Source: Candidatus Poribacteria bacterium
GTDB taxonomy: Bacteria > Poribacteria > WGA-4E > WGA-3G
DNA length: 64,000 nucleotides
NCBI GenBank assembly: GCA_965205025.1
Contig: CBDBFU010000015.1
Coordinates: 64,001 to 128,000 of the forward strand
Direction: 5' to 3'
The position numbers and the translations under genes are program-made. The notes under the pieces are model-generated. The model worked only from the letters and a program-made list of their open reading frames with translations. It was not told where the DNA came from and did not search any database. How positions within the stretch are numbered: the stretch's first letter is position 1; each line of letters begins with the position of its first letter. Below, one piece after another: positions 9,032-18,768 of this stretch.

Positions 9032-9580
9032 TTAAGAGACAATGTTTTTAAATAGAAATTCTTCTGCTACGACAAATCGATCATCGGTTTCGGGTGATCT
9101 GTAGATTAGATATATCGAATCAACTTTAAACTGTATCGGTTTCCAATTTGTTTGCAATCGTTGTTGTTCTTGTGTAAGTGTTTTGTGTTGGAATTGTCCG
9201 ACTGATAGGTGGGGTGTAAAACCATTTGGAAATCTGGCAGTATCGTCGTAATCAGGTAGTTTGTTGATGAGTGTTTTGTGTAAATTCTTGATATTGTCGT
9301 CTGGTTCTGGTGTGAGAAACATTGTGGACGATTTTCTATGTTTGAATGCGTTGAATGTAGATAATGTAACCGTGAATGGAGTATTTTGTTCGGCAGTCTG
9401 TTCTAATGCGGGTATTAATTCTGGAAATTCAGTTTGTGGTGCAAATGGATAGAGCATTGTAATGTGTGGCATCCATCTGATGTAGTTTCTATCATATAAT
9501 TTTCGTATTTCTTGGATGGGTTGTTGTATTGACTCTGGTGGGATTAGAACAACTGCAGTGGTGTGTGTTTTGGTAGGCAT
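9032..9580 (-). CDS. 2H phosphoesterase / 2'-5' RNA ligase family protein
   Basis: Two HxT/S motifs: PHITM and PHLSV. Confidence 0.88.
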   Translation of the reverse strand: MPTKTHTTAVVLIPPESIQQPIQEIRKLYDRNYIRWMPHITMLYPFAPQTEFPELIPALEQTAEQNTPFTVTLSTFNAFKHRKSSTMFLTPEPDDNIKNLHKTLINKLPDYDDTARFPNGFTPHLSVGQFQHKTLTQEQQRLQTNWKPIQFKVDSIYLIYRSPETDDRFVVAEEFLFKNIVS

Positions 9581-9624
9581 TGGTTAGTAGTAATATCAGT
9601 TAATAATCTTGGAAATGTGGATTA

Positions 9625-10398
9625 TTATGTTTTTGCACATGCCCCACCATCAACGAGGAGTGATGTTCCTGTGATCCATTCTGAATCATCTGATGCGAAG
9701 AAAACAGCTGCGCGTCCTATGTCTTTTGTTAAACCTAACCGTCCCATTGGTGTTTTCTCTAAGGAGGATTGGATTTCTTCTGGTGTGAGATAATCTTGAA
9801 TTGCTGTTTCAATATATCCGGGACAAATTGCATTGACTGTAACACCATGTTTACCCACCTCTAATGCTGTATCTCTCGTCATATTTACGACAGCGGCTTT
9901 TGCGGATGCATAGGCTGGACCTGCCCCACCACCGAAGGCGTGTATTGATGCAATTTGTATAATCCTTCCATGATCCGAATTAACTATATGTGGGATGGCA
10001 AGTTTGGTTGTCATGAATACACCGCGTAAATTTACACCGACAACTTTATCCCAATCTTCTATTGAAATCTCTTGAGATTCACCGGGTATATGTATTCCTG
10101 CGTTGTTGACGAGTATATCTAATCCACCAAAATGTTCTACAGTCTGATTAATCAAGTTTGTTATATCTGCTTCCTTGGAAACATCAGTTTGGATGAATAT
10201 GGATTCTGCACCTAAATTCTGTATTTCTTGTGTGGTGGGTGTTGTGACATCTTTTTCGTGGTATTTGCCTTGAAGTGGTTTTTCTCGTATGTCGGCAATT
10301 ACGATTTTTGCGCCTTCCCGAGCGAATTCCAATGCTATTCCACGTCCTATTCCTGAACTGCTGCCTGTGATTATGCTGATACGGTTTTTAAGAAGCAT
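9625..10398 (-). CDS. Short-chain dehydrogenase/reductase (FabG-like)
   Basis: TGSSSGIG, NNAG, YASAK, CPGYIET. Confidence 0.93.
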   Translation of the reverse strand: MLLKNRISIITGSSSGIGRGIALEFAREGAKIVIADIREKPLQGKYHEKDVTTPTTQEIQNLGAESIFIQTDVSKEADITNLINQTVEHFGGLDILVNNAGIHIPGESQEISIEDWDKVVGVNLRGVFMTTKLAIPHIVNSDHGRIIQIASIHAFGGGAGPAYASAKAAVVNMTRDTALEVGKHGVTVNAICPGYIETAIQDYLTPEEIQSSLEKTPMGRLGLTKDIGRAAVFFASDDSEWITGTSLLVDGGACAKT

Positions 10399-10435
10399 TA
10401 TAATTTTTCCATAAGTGAATTAAGGAAAGTAGAAT

Positions 10436-13400
10436 TTAAGCGTTTAAGTTCGCAACATTTTCAATCTCAGTATATATACTTCTACCTTCCCCGTAATATG
10501 ATTCGTAGATGTGTTGATAGATTTCTTCATATTTCTCATGAAATATCATCGGCTTGTATACATCAGGAAGTCCGCTCTCTAAGATTTCAGCAATTTTAAG
10601 CTCTACTTGAGCGCGGGATTGTTGGTGTTTCCGCCAATCTAAAACCAAACTATTATATTTTAATTCTTCAATTAGTTTTTTGACAGTTGACTTTACTTCC
10701 TGTCTTTGAGGTAGTGTCATTTGAATATCGGGTTTAGTTAGTATGTCGTATATAGCGAGTTCTTCTTCTGATAGTTCTTCAGAATCTGCGCGTTTATCCT
10801 CTTGGCTGAGTTTAACTAAAAAATCGTATATTTTCTGTAATTGCTGATCATCAGTAATGGCTCCTGAATTATATTCTTCAATCATCTTTTCGTATTTATC
10901 TTGTAGGTCAATTCTACTCTTATTGAGTTGAATCATTTCTTTTAATTTCTGCTTTATGATCCCTTTTAATCGTTCTGCTTGTGTCCGTTTATGTTGAGTT
11001 TCAAATCGTTCGAGAAGTTCATCGATATCTATTTGACTCAAATCAATTAGTTGGTCATTATATGAAACTGATTCAGTATCTATAATATACCCATCAGGAG
11101 CAATAGAACGGTCAAGTAAATCTTCTACCTCATCTTCGATAGAAGAGATATCGACTGGACCCCCAAGACTTTTTATTCTTTTAGCTATAATATTGATGAG
11201 CGAACAGATCCCGCTAAATTCGTTTGCTTCGGTGTCGGGTAAGATTGCCTTAAAGAGTTTATTGATATGACGTGCCTGTTGCAGGTAATCACGTTTTGTC
11301 TCATCATTAATTAAGATTTTATTTACTGCGTCATCAATAAGTTGTATCTTCGACATTTGATCTGCATTCTGTATGATTGTAAGGTCAATGTTAATTAAAC
11401 TGCAGAACTGTGTGATTTCATCAACAGCATCTCTTAGTAGATTGATAAGTTCTGACTTATCTTCAATAGGATTTGCTCCATCCCCATTCGGTCCGGTGGC
11501 ATAAATTGCGAGTGCTTTTTCAAGATACCTGAATATACCTATATAATCAACAATGAGTCCGTGAATTTTTTCTTTATATACTCGATTTGCTCTTGCGATA
11601 GTTTGCATGAGGGTATGATTTCGCTGAGGTTTATCAAGATAGATTGTTGAACATGATGGTACATCGAAACCTGTAATCCACATTGCACAGACAAACACAA
11701 TTCGGAATGGATCATCAGGGTCTTTGAATTTTGTTTCCAAATCTTCAGCGTTCATTCTTCTACGATGTGGTAGGATGTCTGCATCTCTCTTTCTTAAATC
11801 ATCAATTTCATTTTGAGATGGTGATACAACTACTGCCATATCTGTATCATCCATATATTGAATAAGAGCTTCAAGCTGTTTTCTTTCGTCTTGTGAAGGA
11901 TTATTGTTTAGGTCTGATTTTAGAGACTGAATTTTCTGTTTCCAGTATTTTTGTACTTTGTCATACATTCTGACAGCAGTGGCTTTGTCTATTGATATAA
12001 CCATTGCTTTTCCACGATAACCCCTGCCGATGAAATGTGAGACAATATCCTCTGCGACCGTCTCTAATCTCTCATCTCTGGTAATGAGATGATATTCTCT
12101 TGCAAATTCCCGTTCGAGTTTTGCTTCCTGATTTTCATCCAGTTCGGCATCCTCAAGTATCTGTTCCAGATCAGAATTTAGATCTTGGTTTGTGAGTTGT
12201 AGTCTGGGAACACGGTTTTCATAATAGAGTGGTACGGTTGCTCCGTCAGCAACAGATTGCTTAAAATCGTATACTGATACATAATCACCAAATACTTCAC
12301 GTGTTCTTTCTTCACCTGCGATAAGGGGTGTTCCAGTGAAAGCGATGAATGCTGCGTTTGGAAGTGCAGTACGCATATTCATTGCTAATGTGTCGTATTG
12401 ACTTCTGTGTGCTTCATCAGTAATTACGATGATATCTGAACGATCAGATAAGATAGGATGAGGTGTGTTATCTTGTGTTTGAAACTTGTGTATAAGTGTG
12501 AAAACATAACGATGATCTTCACTTAGGAGTTGGCGTAAGTGTTGTATGTCTTCTGCGTGGACTTCTTGCTGTGTTAAGACCCCGCTTGTACTTGCAAATG
12601 TCTTATATATTTGCTTATCTAATTCTTGTCTATCTGTTACGACGACAAATGTCCATCTACCTGATTTCTTTCTAAGGACTTTCTGTGCGAAGAAAAGCAT
12701 TGATATGCTTTTTCCGCTTCCTTGTGTATGCCAAAATACACCGAGTTTCCCATGATTTGATTCGATATGATTTAGAGCATTGATTGCATTATTTACACCT
12801 AAGTATTGGTGGTTTTTCGATATTAGTTTTATAGTTCCACCTTGTACTTCCATAAACAGTGTAAAATTCTCTATAATATCTAATAGTCGTTTTGGTTCAC
12901 AAATTGCATTGAGTATGTTCTCTATTGCTACCTGTTGGTTTTCGTTTTCTTTTTCATCTTCAATACGTTTCCATTCCGCGAAATGCTCCCAGTTGGCAGT
13001 GAATGTACCAATTCGTGCTTCTGAACCGTTTGATAGGATGATAAATGCGTTATACCAGAAGAGATGGGGGATTGTGTCTTTGTAATCTCTGAGATTGTCA
13101 TTATATGCGTCATATAGATTTTCATCAATTCGTTTGAATTCCATTAGAATCAAAGGTACCCCGTTGACGAAACAGATTAGGTCAGGTCTTCTGGTATACA
13201 TTTCACCAGTAATTGAGAATTGAGATGCTGTATAGTAATCATTATTTTCAGGATTCTCCCAATCAATGACTTGTAGAATTATATCTGCTTCTTCTTGGGT
13301 GATTGGATTGGTGACTTTTACTTTTACGCCATCTTTTAGCAGAAAGTATATTTCACGATTTGCCTCAACAGAGTTCATTACAGCGCGGGATTGTGTAAGA

Positions 13401-13627
13401 ATTTCAATTGCTTGGTTGATAGCTTCTCTTGGTGTGTTTGGATTAAGGCGTTGTAAAGCTTCTTTAAGTCTATCAGTTAGAACGACTTCAGACTTTGATT
13501 GTCTATTATTGATCTGATAATCTGATTGGAATTCGTTTATGCAATTTTGGGTATACCACCCTATATTCTCAAGGATTGAGATTGCGGGTTGTTCTATGAG
13601 TTGATCTTCACTATAGGGGTTTTGCAT
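10436..13627 (-). CDS. hsdR: Type I restriction endonuclease subunit R
   Basis: RPDLICFVNGVPLILMEFK nuclease motif; HTQGSGKS, DEAHRSQY, FTGTP, TGFDVP, QTIARANR. Confidence 0.96.
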   Translation of the reverse strand: MQNPYSEDQLIEQPAISILENIGWYTQNCINEFQSDYQINNRQSKSEVVLTDRLKEALQRLNPNTPREAINQAIEILTQSRAVMNSVEANREIYFLLKDGVKVKVTNPITQEEADIILQVIDWENPENNDYYTASQFSITGEMYTRRPDLICFVNGVPLILMEFKRIDENLYDAYNDNLRDYKDTIPHLFWYNAFIILSNGSEARIGTFTANWEHFAEWKRIEDEKENENQQVAIENILNAICEPKRLLDIIENFTLFMEVQGGTIKLISKNHQYLGVNNAINALNHIESNHGKLGVFWHTQGSGKSISMLFFAQKVLRKKSGRWTFVVVTDRQELDKQIYKTFASTSGVLTQQEVHAEDIQHLRQLLSEDHRYVFTLIHKFQTQDNTPHPILSDRSDIIVITDEAHRSQYDTLAMNMRTALPNAAFIAFTGTPLIAGEERTREVFGDYVSVYDFKQSVADGATVPLYYENRVPRLQLTNQDLNSDLEQILEDAELDENQEAKLEREFAREYHLITRDERLETVAEDIVSHFIGRGYRGKAMVISIDKATAVRMYDKVQKYWKQKIQSLKSDLNNNPSQDERKQLEALIQYMDDTDMAVVVSPSQNEIDDLRKRDADILPHRRRMNAEDLETKFKDPDDPFRIVFVCAMWITGFDVPSCSTIYLDKPQRNHTLMQTIARANRVYKEKIHGLIVDYIGIFRYLEKALAIYATGPNGDGANPIEDKSELINLLRDAVDEITQFCSLINIDLTIIQNADQMSKIQLIDDAVNKILINDETKRDYLQQARHINKLFKAILPDTEANEFSGICSLINIIAKRIKSLGGPVDISSIEDEVEDLLDRSIAPDGYIIDTESVSYNDQLIDLSQIDIDELLERFETQHKRTQAERLKGIIKQKLKEMIQLNKSRIDLQDKYEKMIEEYNSGAITDDQQLQKIYDFLVKLSQEDKRADSEELSEEELAIYDILTKPDIQMTLPQRQEVKSTVKKLIEELKYNSLVLDWRKHQQSRAQVELKIAEILESGLPDVYKPMIFHEKYEEIYQHIYESYYGEGRSIYTEIENVANLNA

Positions 13628-13645
13628 ACAGGTAGATTTTAAGAA

Positions 13646-13820
13646 TTATTGCTGTGAAATTCTATTTAAGAAGTTTGGTGGTTCAAGGATTTCAATTCCA
13701 AATTCAAACATTGCTTTCTTGAGTTCTGGATCGTCGAGTAGGTCATTATCAGTAGATACCAGGATCGAACAATTAGGTTGGTATCAAAGGCAACTCGTTA
13801 GGTACGTAATCGGATTTCAT
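13646..13820 (-). pseudogene. Internally deleted and frameshifted PIN-domain toxin remnant
   Basis: ATG overlaps the upstream TGA; shifted frames give RVAFDTNLIV (PIN N-terminus) and ILVSTDNDLLDD..IEILEPPNFL (PIN C-terminus) with the middle missing. Confidence 0.7.
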
Positions 13821-14353
13821 TTTTGTTCACGTCTTACCTCTTCGAGTGCCTCCTCAAAGTCATGTATGACTTCATCTTCGGGTGTATCAGCAAATGCTTT
13901 ATTGAATCGAGCAGTAATATTGTCCCATTCCTTCTTTAACTGGTTTTGATTACTTTCAACACGAGCATGTATTTTAGATACAATTTCGTCCAGGTCTTCA
14001 TTTTCTGATGTAACATTTGAATGTTCTTGCGCGAAATATATTCTGTCAGCAAAATTATTTTGACTCACTACCTTTTTTATCTCATCCAACAGTTTTTGAT
14101 TTCTTGATTTTGGTTTTGCCGTATCAGTTACAAACACGATACAATCATCTTGTTTGAGGAAGTGCTGAATTGCTTGCTTTAGACTTTGGGGTGCTGGTGT
14201 TCCCATATTATGGCATTTATGGAATGCATTTCTTCCTGTAGTTTGAATTGCTAATTGACCTCGTTGAGTTGACTCTTGTAAACCATCTTTAAGATATTTA
14301 ACTGCGTTAGCATCTTGGTCAGATTCAAGGTTCCAGACTCTTATTCTAATCAT
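13817..14353 (-). CDS. Hypothetical protein: TOPRIM/DUF4276-like N-terminus plus antitoxin-like helical C-terminus
   Basis: N-terminal strand-ESDQD and IVFVTD; coupled to the AAA ATPase upstream and the PIN remnant downstream. Confidence 0.5.
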   Translation of the reverse strand: MIRIRVWNLESDQDANAVKYLKDGLQESTQRGQLAIQTTGRNAFHKCHNMGTPAPQSLKQAIQHFLKQDDCIVFVTDTAKPKSRNQKLLDEIKKVVSQNNFADRIYFAQEHSNVTSENEDLDEIVSKIHARVESNQNQLKKEWDNITARFNKAFADTPEDEVIHDFEEALEEVRREQK

Positions 14354-15564
14354 ACAGGTTCCTCCATTAGGTCTTGAAGTAATTGGCTATCGAAGATAGC
14401 ACTACCTATACCAAAGTCTGAAATCCATCCGTCAAGTCCTTCTCTATTATCACGAATATCTTCAAGATTGATGACTTCTGTTCCGAGACCTGGGCGATTT
14501 CTCAGGAGTAATACACCGAGTGAATCTGAGATATTGTCTGGATTAAAAGCGTCAAGTAGATGTGAACTATGTGTTGTGATAATGACTTGTGTTCGTTCTG
14601 ATAACTGCTTGAGTACATCTGCAATATTTTTCAAGGCACCAGGATGTAAACTTCGTTCAGGTTCTTCAATTGCAATGAGTGGTGGTAAATCAGGCAAATT
14701 GAGTAAAACGTAATATATCACGAGACGTATAGTTCCCTCAGATGCACTTAATAATGGAACTGGTCTCATATTCTTTTCTAATATACAAAATCTGTATTTT
14801 CCATTAATCTTGCAACGATCTATACGAAGTTTTAAACTGGATTCGAGAGATTCATTGACATTCCTGAATCGCTCAGGATCACTTTCAAACCAGCTTGAAA
14901 ACAACTCCGATATTGCTGTTCCAAAATCTCTGAGATTTGGTACGAAATCTAAATCTTCAAAATAATCAAGTTTAGGAATACCGTAGTTATCAATAGATAG
15001 TTTCATAGAATTTGGATGAAAATCATAAAACTTCCAATGCTTTATAAAGTTGGTTATTACACTTGTTATAGGATTGTTGCCAAATTCTGTAGATGCTAAT
15101 ACAGGTTTGTTTGAATTTAAGACAGTAGGATTAGTCCCAGATTCATCAAAAATAATTCCATTACCATTTACAACTTTTATTACTAAAGCATTATTAATCA
15201 ACAACCTTTCTATAATAACTGGATTATCAGATTTTATATCTAATACTAACTTGTAGTGAATAAGTCTATCTTCTACACTAAACATTAGTCTAAACTCACT
15301 ATAAGGTTTCTCTGGTTTTTCATCTATCTGATAAGTAAGCCTATTTATATCACCTAACCCAAAAAACCCTATTATGGATTTTATTTTTGATGGACTTCCT
15401 TTTTGCATCCAGTTAAAAAAGCGAAGTGTTTCTAAGCAATTTGATTTACCACTTGCATTGGGACCCACAAGAACTGTTAAAGGTTTGAGTGGAAGTGTGA
15501 CATTGCGCAAACTCAAGAAGTTTTTGATTTGTACTTTTTCTAAGATTGCTTCTTGCTCAGACAT
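14350..15564 (-). CDS. ABC-type AAA ATPase (AAA_21/AbiEii-like predicted ATPase)
   Basis: IKNFLSL, GPNASGKSN, SEGTIR, IEEPERSLHP, IITTHS. Confidence 0.9.
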   Translation of the reverse strand: MSEQEAILEKVQIKNFLSLRNVTLPLKPLTVLVGPNASGKSNCLETLRFFNWMQKGSPSKIKSIIGFFGLGDINRLTYQIDEKPEKPYSEFRLMFSVEDRLIHYKLVLDIKSDNPVIIERLLINNALVIKVVNGNGIIFDESGTNPTVLNSNKPVLASTEFGNNPITSVITNFIKHWKFYDFHPNSMKLSIDNYGIPKLDYFEDLDFVPNLRDFGTAISELFSSWFESDPERFRNVNESLESSLKLRIDRCKINGKYRFCILEKNMRPVPLLSASEGTIRLVIYYVLLNLPDLPPLIAIEEPERSLHPGALKNIADVLKQLSERTQVIITTHSSHLLDAFNPDNISDSLGVLLLRNRPGLGTEVINLEDIRDNREGLDGWISDFGIGSAIFDSQLLQDLMEEPV

Positions 15565-15669
15565 GTTATATTCCTCAGTCCTATACCTTTAAAGACAATA
15601 GCGTTTTCTTTAATTGGTAATCAACAGAAAATGTATTGATTCTTGATAGCGTATGCCCTACTTGTCGTT

Positions 15670-15698
15670 ATTATACAATCTGAAGTGCGGTATGTCAA
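15670..15698 (-). promoter_or_regulatory. Consensus sigma70 promoter TTGACA-N17-TATAAT upstream of the AAA ATPase
   Basis: Perfect match on the minus strand. Confidence 0.7.
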
Positions 15699-15716
15699 TT
15701 TGTTTCAGTTTACATG

Positions 15717-16015
15717 GGGTATGTAAGTTTTTGGCATGAATATCATACAACATTTGTGAATGGATACCAATACTTATCTAAACTCTTAATACTATACACG
15801 CTTAAAATTCTTACAAATATGGATATATATAATAATGTGGGATGTAAGGATAATGTGAATGGAAAAGTGTTAATATTTATTTTTCTGAGATGACTACACT
15901 TTCACGGAAACCTTCACGGAGCAATTCTACGAACCCTTATTCTATAAGGGTTTATAATTTTAATGACCCCATTCTCCGTGAATCACGCATGTTAAAATAC
16001 ATATAACTTAAGTGT
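15717..16015. repeat. Family D ~300-bp dispersed repeat with an iteron/palindrome core
   Basis: Diverged reverse-complement homolog at 51351-51670; TTCACGGA repeats around AACCCTTAT-TCT-ATAAGGGTT. Confidence 0.75.
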
Positions 16016-16043
16016 AAACAAATAGATCTTTGGTTTTCAACTG

Positions 16044-16157
16044 ATACCATTTCTATAGATGTTTATCTCATGAATTGTTGTTAAGCATATCTTGAAATAC
16101 TGCACAAACTGGAAGTTTGTGCTACATTAAAGAGACTTTAATTATCGGAGATGGTAT
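16044..16157. mobile_element. Family B 114-bp MITE-like element (ATACCATTTC TIRs, GTAGCACAAACT REP hairpin)
   Basis: Homologous to 33973-34087 and to the reverse complement of 61730-61958. Confidence 0.8.
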
Positions 16158-16504
16158 AAGATGTATAAATAGAATATCATCTGGTGTTTTCATAGTGCAT
16201 ATTTGATATTGTTGAGTGTGAATATGCTTTTAAGGTAGTCTGGGACTGGGTTTATAGATGGTGTTATTGACTCATATATTTTCATAGTAACTATGAAAAT
16301 GTAATATACTTATTTCTTATTAAATTGTTGTAAAGTCAGTCCTACACAGGGTTTATAGGTTGTTTACGAGAGGGTTGGTGGAAGGAAGTAACTATGAAAA
16401 AATATGAAAGTTATATAACGAAATGTGAATGAATATATATTTATATGTTATATATCGTTTTTCTTTATGTTATTCCTAGTGTGTATAGAGAGTAGGTTTG
16501 GCTG

Positions 16505-17779
16505 TTATGATTCTGAAGATTCGTCTTGTAGTATTTGGGTATCAATATCAAGATTAGATACATCTATTTCTCCAGAGATGAGTTTTGGGAGGATTAGATC
16601 TCTGGCTTCCTGCAGATATTCATTCTTACTTGTTAGGTTCGCTATTTTTGAAGAAATTGGTTTTTCTAAATCCACATATCTATCAACAATAGCATAAGAC
16701 GGCTCCAAGAGTTTTATTTCTAATAGATCTGCCTTAGTTATTGCTTTAAAAATAGTACCACTACCCATGATATCTTCATTCTTAAATAGATGTTTTAGTT
16801 GCTGTAAGATGAATGACTGATTCCTATATTTACTTCTAATTGCTGAAATACCTCTACCAATCACAATCCTCTTATTTGCAATATTAATACGCCCAACAGG
16901 TGCACGTACACTAAAGAGTATATCACCATCTTCAGCAATTCTTTTCATTAACATACAATAGACTCTATCTACAGGAAAACGCGGACCAAAATTAGTAACA
17001 CCTTGATGAAATGGTAAACCTTCTCCAATATAATTATAATATTCAGATTTTGGAGACTGACCCATTATTACTTCGCACATATTCGCTAGATGTTTAACAT
17101 TCCATCCTTGTGGAATTGGACCTAATTCTGATTCTACCATAGGAATATTCTCATGTCCGGGGAAACGGAAATGGACGAACCATTCTCGGTAGAGTGTTTG
17201 TGCCATGTCTTCGAGTATTTTGATTCGGCGTGTGTTGTTTTCGATTAGGTCGTCGTAGGTGCTTAGGATTGCAGCGATTTTTCGTTGGGTTTGGAGGGGT
17301 GGAAGAGGAATTGGTAAATCCCGTAGATCCGGTTGACGTATTCCTAAGACTGTTGTACCTGTAGCCCGTAAATTCAACTCTTGTAAACAGATATGTGTGC
17401 TAAAGTAATAAAATAGAAATGATGGAATTATGTGTTTTGGATTTGCTCGGATACAGAATAGTCTTTGACTAAGACAGATTCTTCTGCTGTCAGGTATTAA
17501 ATAAGATTCACCTAAAGGTGCCTCGGATGTTAACAAAATGTCATTTTTTATTACTTCTGATTTCATCCACTTTTGGTACAAGTCTTCATCTACAAATTTA
17601 GCTTTTTCTAAATTTACCAATCTCCCATTTTTTATATTCATAGCAGATAGTGCGATAATTCCTGAATCTGACCATTCACCACCCAATTTTTTTGGGGTTT
17701 TTCCTCGGTAATCAATTATTTCTGTGATTAGATGGTCAAGTTTTTCTATTTTCCAATCAGTTGGTTTTGTGTTACCCAT
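16505..17779 (-). CDS. hsdS: Type I restriction-modification specificity subunit S
   Basis: Two TRDs joined by the conserved PLPPLQTQRKIAAIL..LEDMAQTLYREWFV..GPIPQGW region; C-terminal RDLILPKLISGEI. Confidence 0.95.
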   Translation of the reverse strand: MGNTKPTDWKIEKLDHLITEIIDYRGKTPKKLGGEWSDSGIIALSAMNIKNGRLVNLEKAKFVDEDLYQKWMKSEVIKNDILLTSEAPLGESYLIPDSRRICLSQRLFCIRANPKHIIPSFLFYYFSTHICLQELNLRATGTTVLGIRQPDLRDLPIPLPPLQTQRKIAAILSTYDDLIENNTRRIKILEDMAQTLYREWFVHFRFPGHENIPMVESELGPIPQGWNVKHLANMCEVIMGQSPKSEYYNYIGEGLPFHQGVTNFGPRFPVDRVYCMLMKRIAEDGDILFSVRAPVGRINIANKRIVIGRGISAIRSKYRNQSFILQQLKHLFKNEDIMGSGTIFKAITKADLLEIKLLEPSYAIVDRYVDLEKPISSKIANLTSKNEYLQEARDLILPKLISGEIDVSNLDIDTQILQDESSES

Positions 17780-17904
17780 ATTGTTTCCTGATAAACTATA
17801 TGTAGGATTTTTAGTATTGATTCTTACACCTACACTTATTCTATATTAACGACTTGTATCAGCTAACTAATTGTTTTTGTGTTTTTCACGGATTATATGT
17901 TTTG

Positions 17905-18200
17905 TGCTATAAACATTTCGTCCCTACGGGACTCATTTAGTTAATTGATCAGTTTTCTATAGACATTCCGTCCCTACCAAATCAAGGAATCAACGGTATG
18001 AATGCTATTTAGCATTCACCGGGTATGAATGCCATATGAAGATTAAAATAATAATTCGGTAATGTGTTAGAAATTCGAATCAACGGTATGAATGCTATTT
18101 AGCATTCCCCGTGGTTAGGAAACCGAACCTACCGAGTTTGGGAATATGGGAATTACCGAATTTAAAACTTAATCATCATTAGGCATTCCCCGGGACTCAT
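17905..18200. repeat. Multi-layer nested repeat cluster (50-bp hairpin doublet > GAATGC hairpin element > family C element > second GAATGC element)
   Basis: GTCCCTAC|GGGACT split at 17977/18192; C-type TIRs at 18036 and 18179; AATCAACGGTATGAATGCTATTTAGCATTC occurs at 17988 and 18078. Confidence 0.75.
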
Positions 18201-18481
18201 AATCTTTATATGATTGTTCCGGTTACACTTAAATCATAATGTAAGTGTATCAATTGAAAATGGTATTAGTAAGGTTTTTTTCGATTATTTCCTTGTATGA
18301 TGTGTTCCGAACTTAAAACCTATACAGTATAAATAATGTGTAGATAGATATTGTACATTAAGTAGGAATTCCATAAATAGAGACAGTTCCTTCATATCCA
18401 TTATTACTTTATCTCTTTGAGTTTATCATTCTGTGGCGAAAATAAAGGTTAATCGTTCTGCTACATTCAGATTTTAGCGTG

Positions 18482-18766
18482 CTAACGATTAGATCTCTTT
18501 AGCATTTTTTCATATTCGCTATGGGGACCGATCCAATTCCAAATAATCTTACCATCTTCTTCATATCCTAAAGCTCTGTAATCATTGGTAATTCGTATTG
18601 ACCAAAGATCAACAGAAACCTTTTTGAATTGAAGGGATGGATATAAAGGGTTTTCTTGTAAGACTTGGATTTGTTTCGCAGTACGTCTTTGTATATTTTG
18701 CGGAAGTTTTTGCACCAATCCCATAAAGTTCGGATTTCTGATATGCTCGAATTGTAAGTTATTCAT
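18482..18766 (-). CDS. RelE/ParE-like toxin
   Basis: NPLYPSLQFKKV, WSIRITNDYRALG, WNWIGPHSEY. Confidence 0.8.
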   Translation of the reverse strand: MNNLQFEHIRNPNFMGLVQKLPQNIQRRTAKQIQVLQENPLYPSLQFKKVSVDLWSIRITNDYRALGYEEDGKIIWNWIGPHSEYEKMLKRSNR

Positions 18767-18768
18767 AC

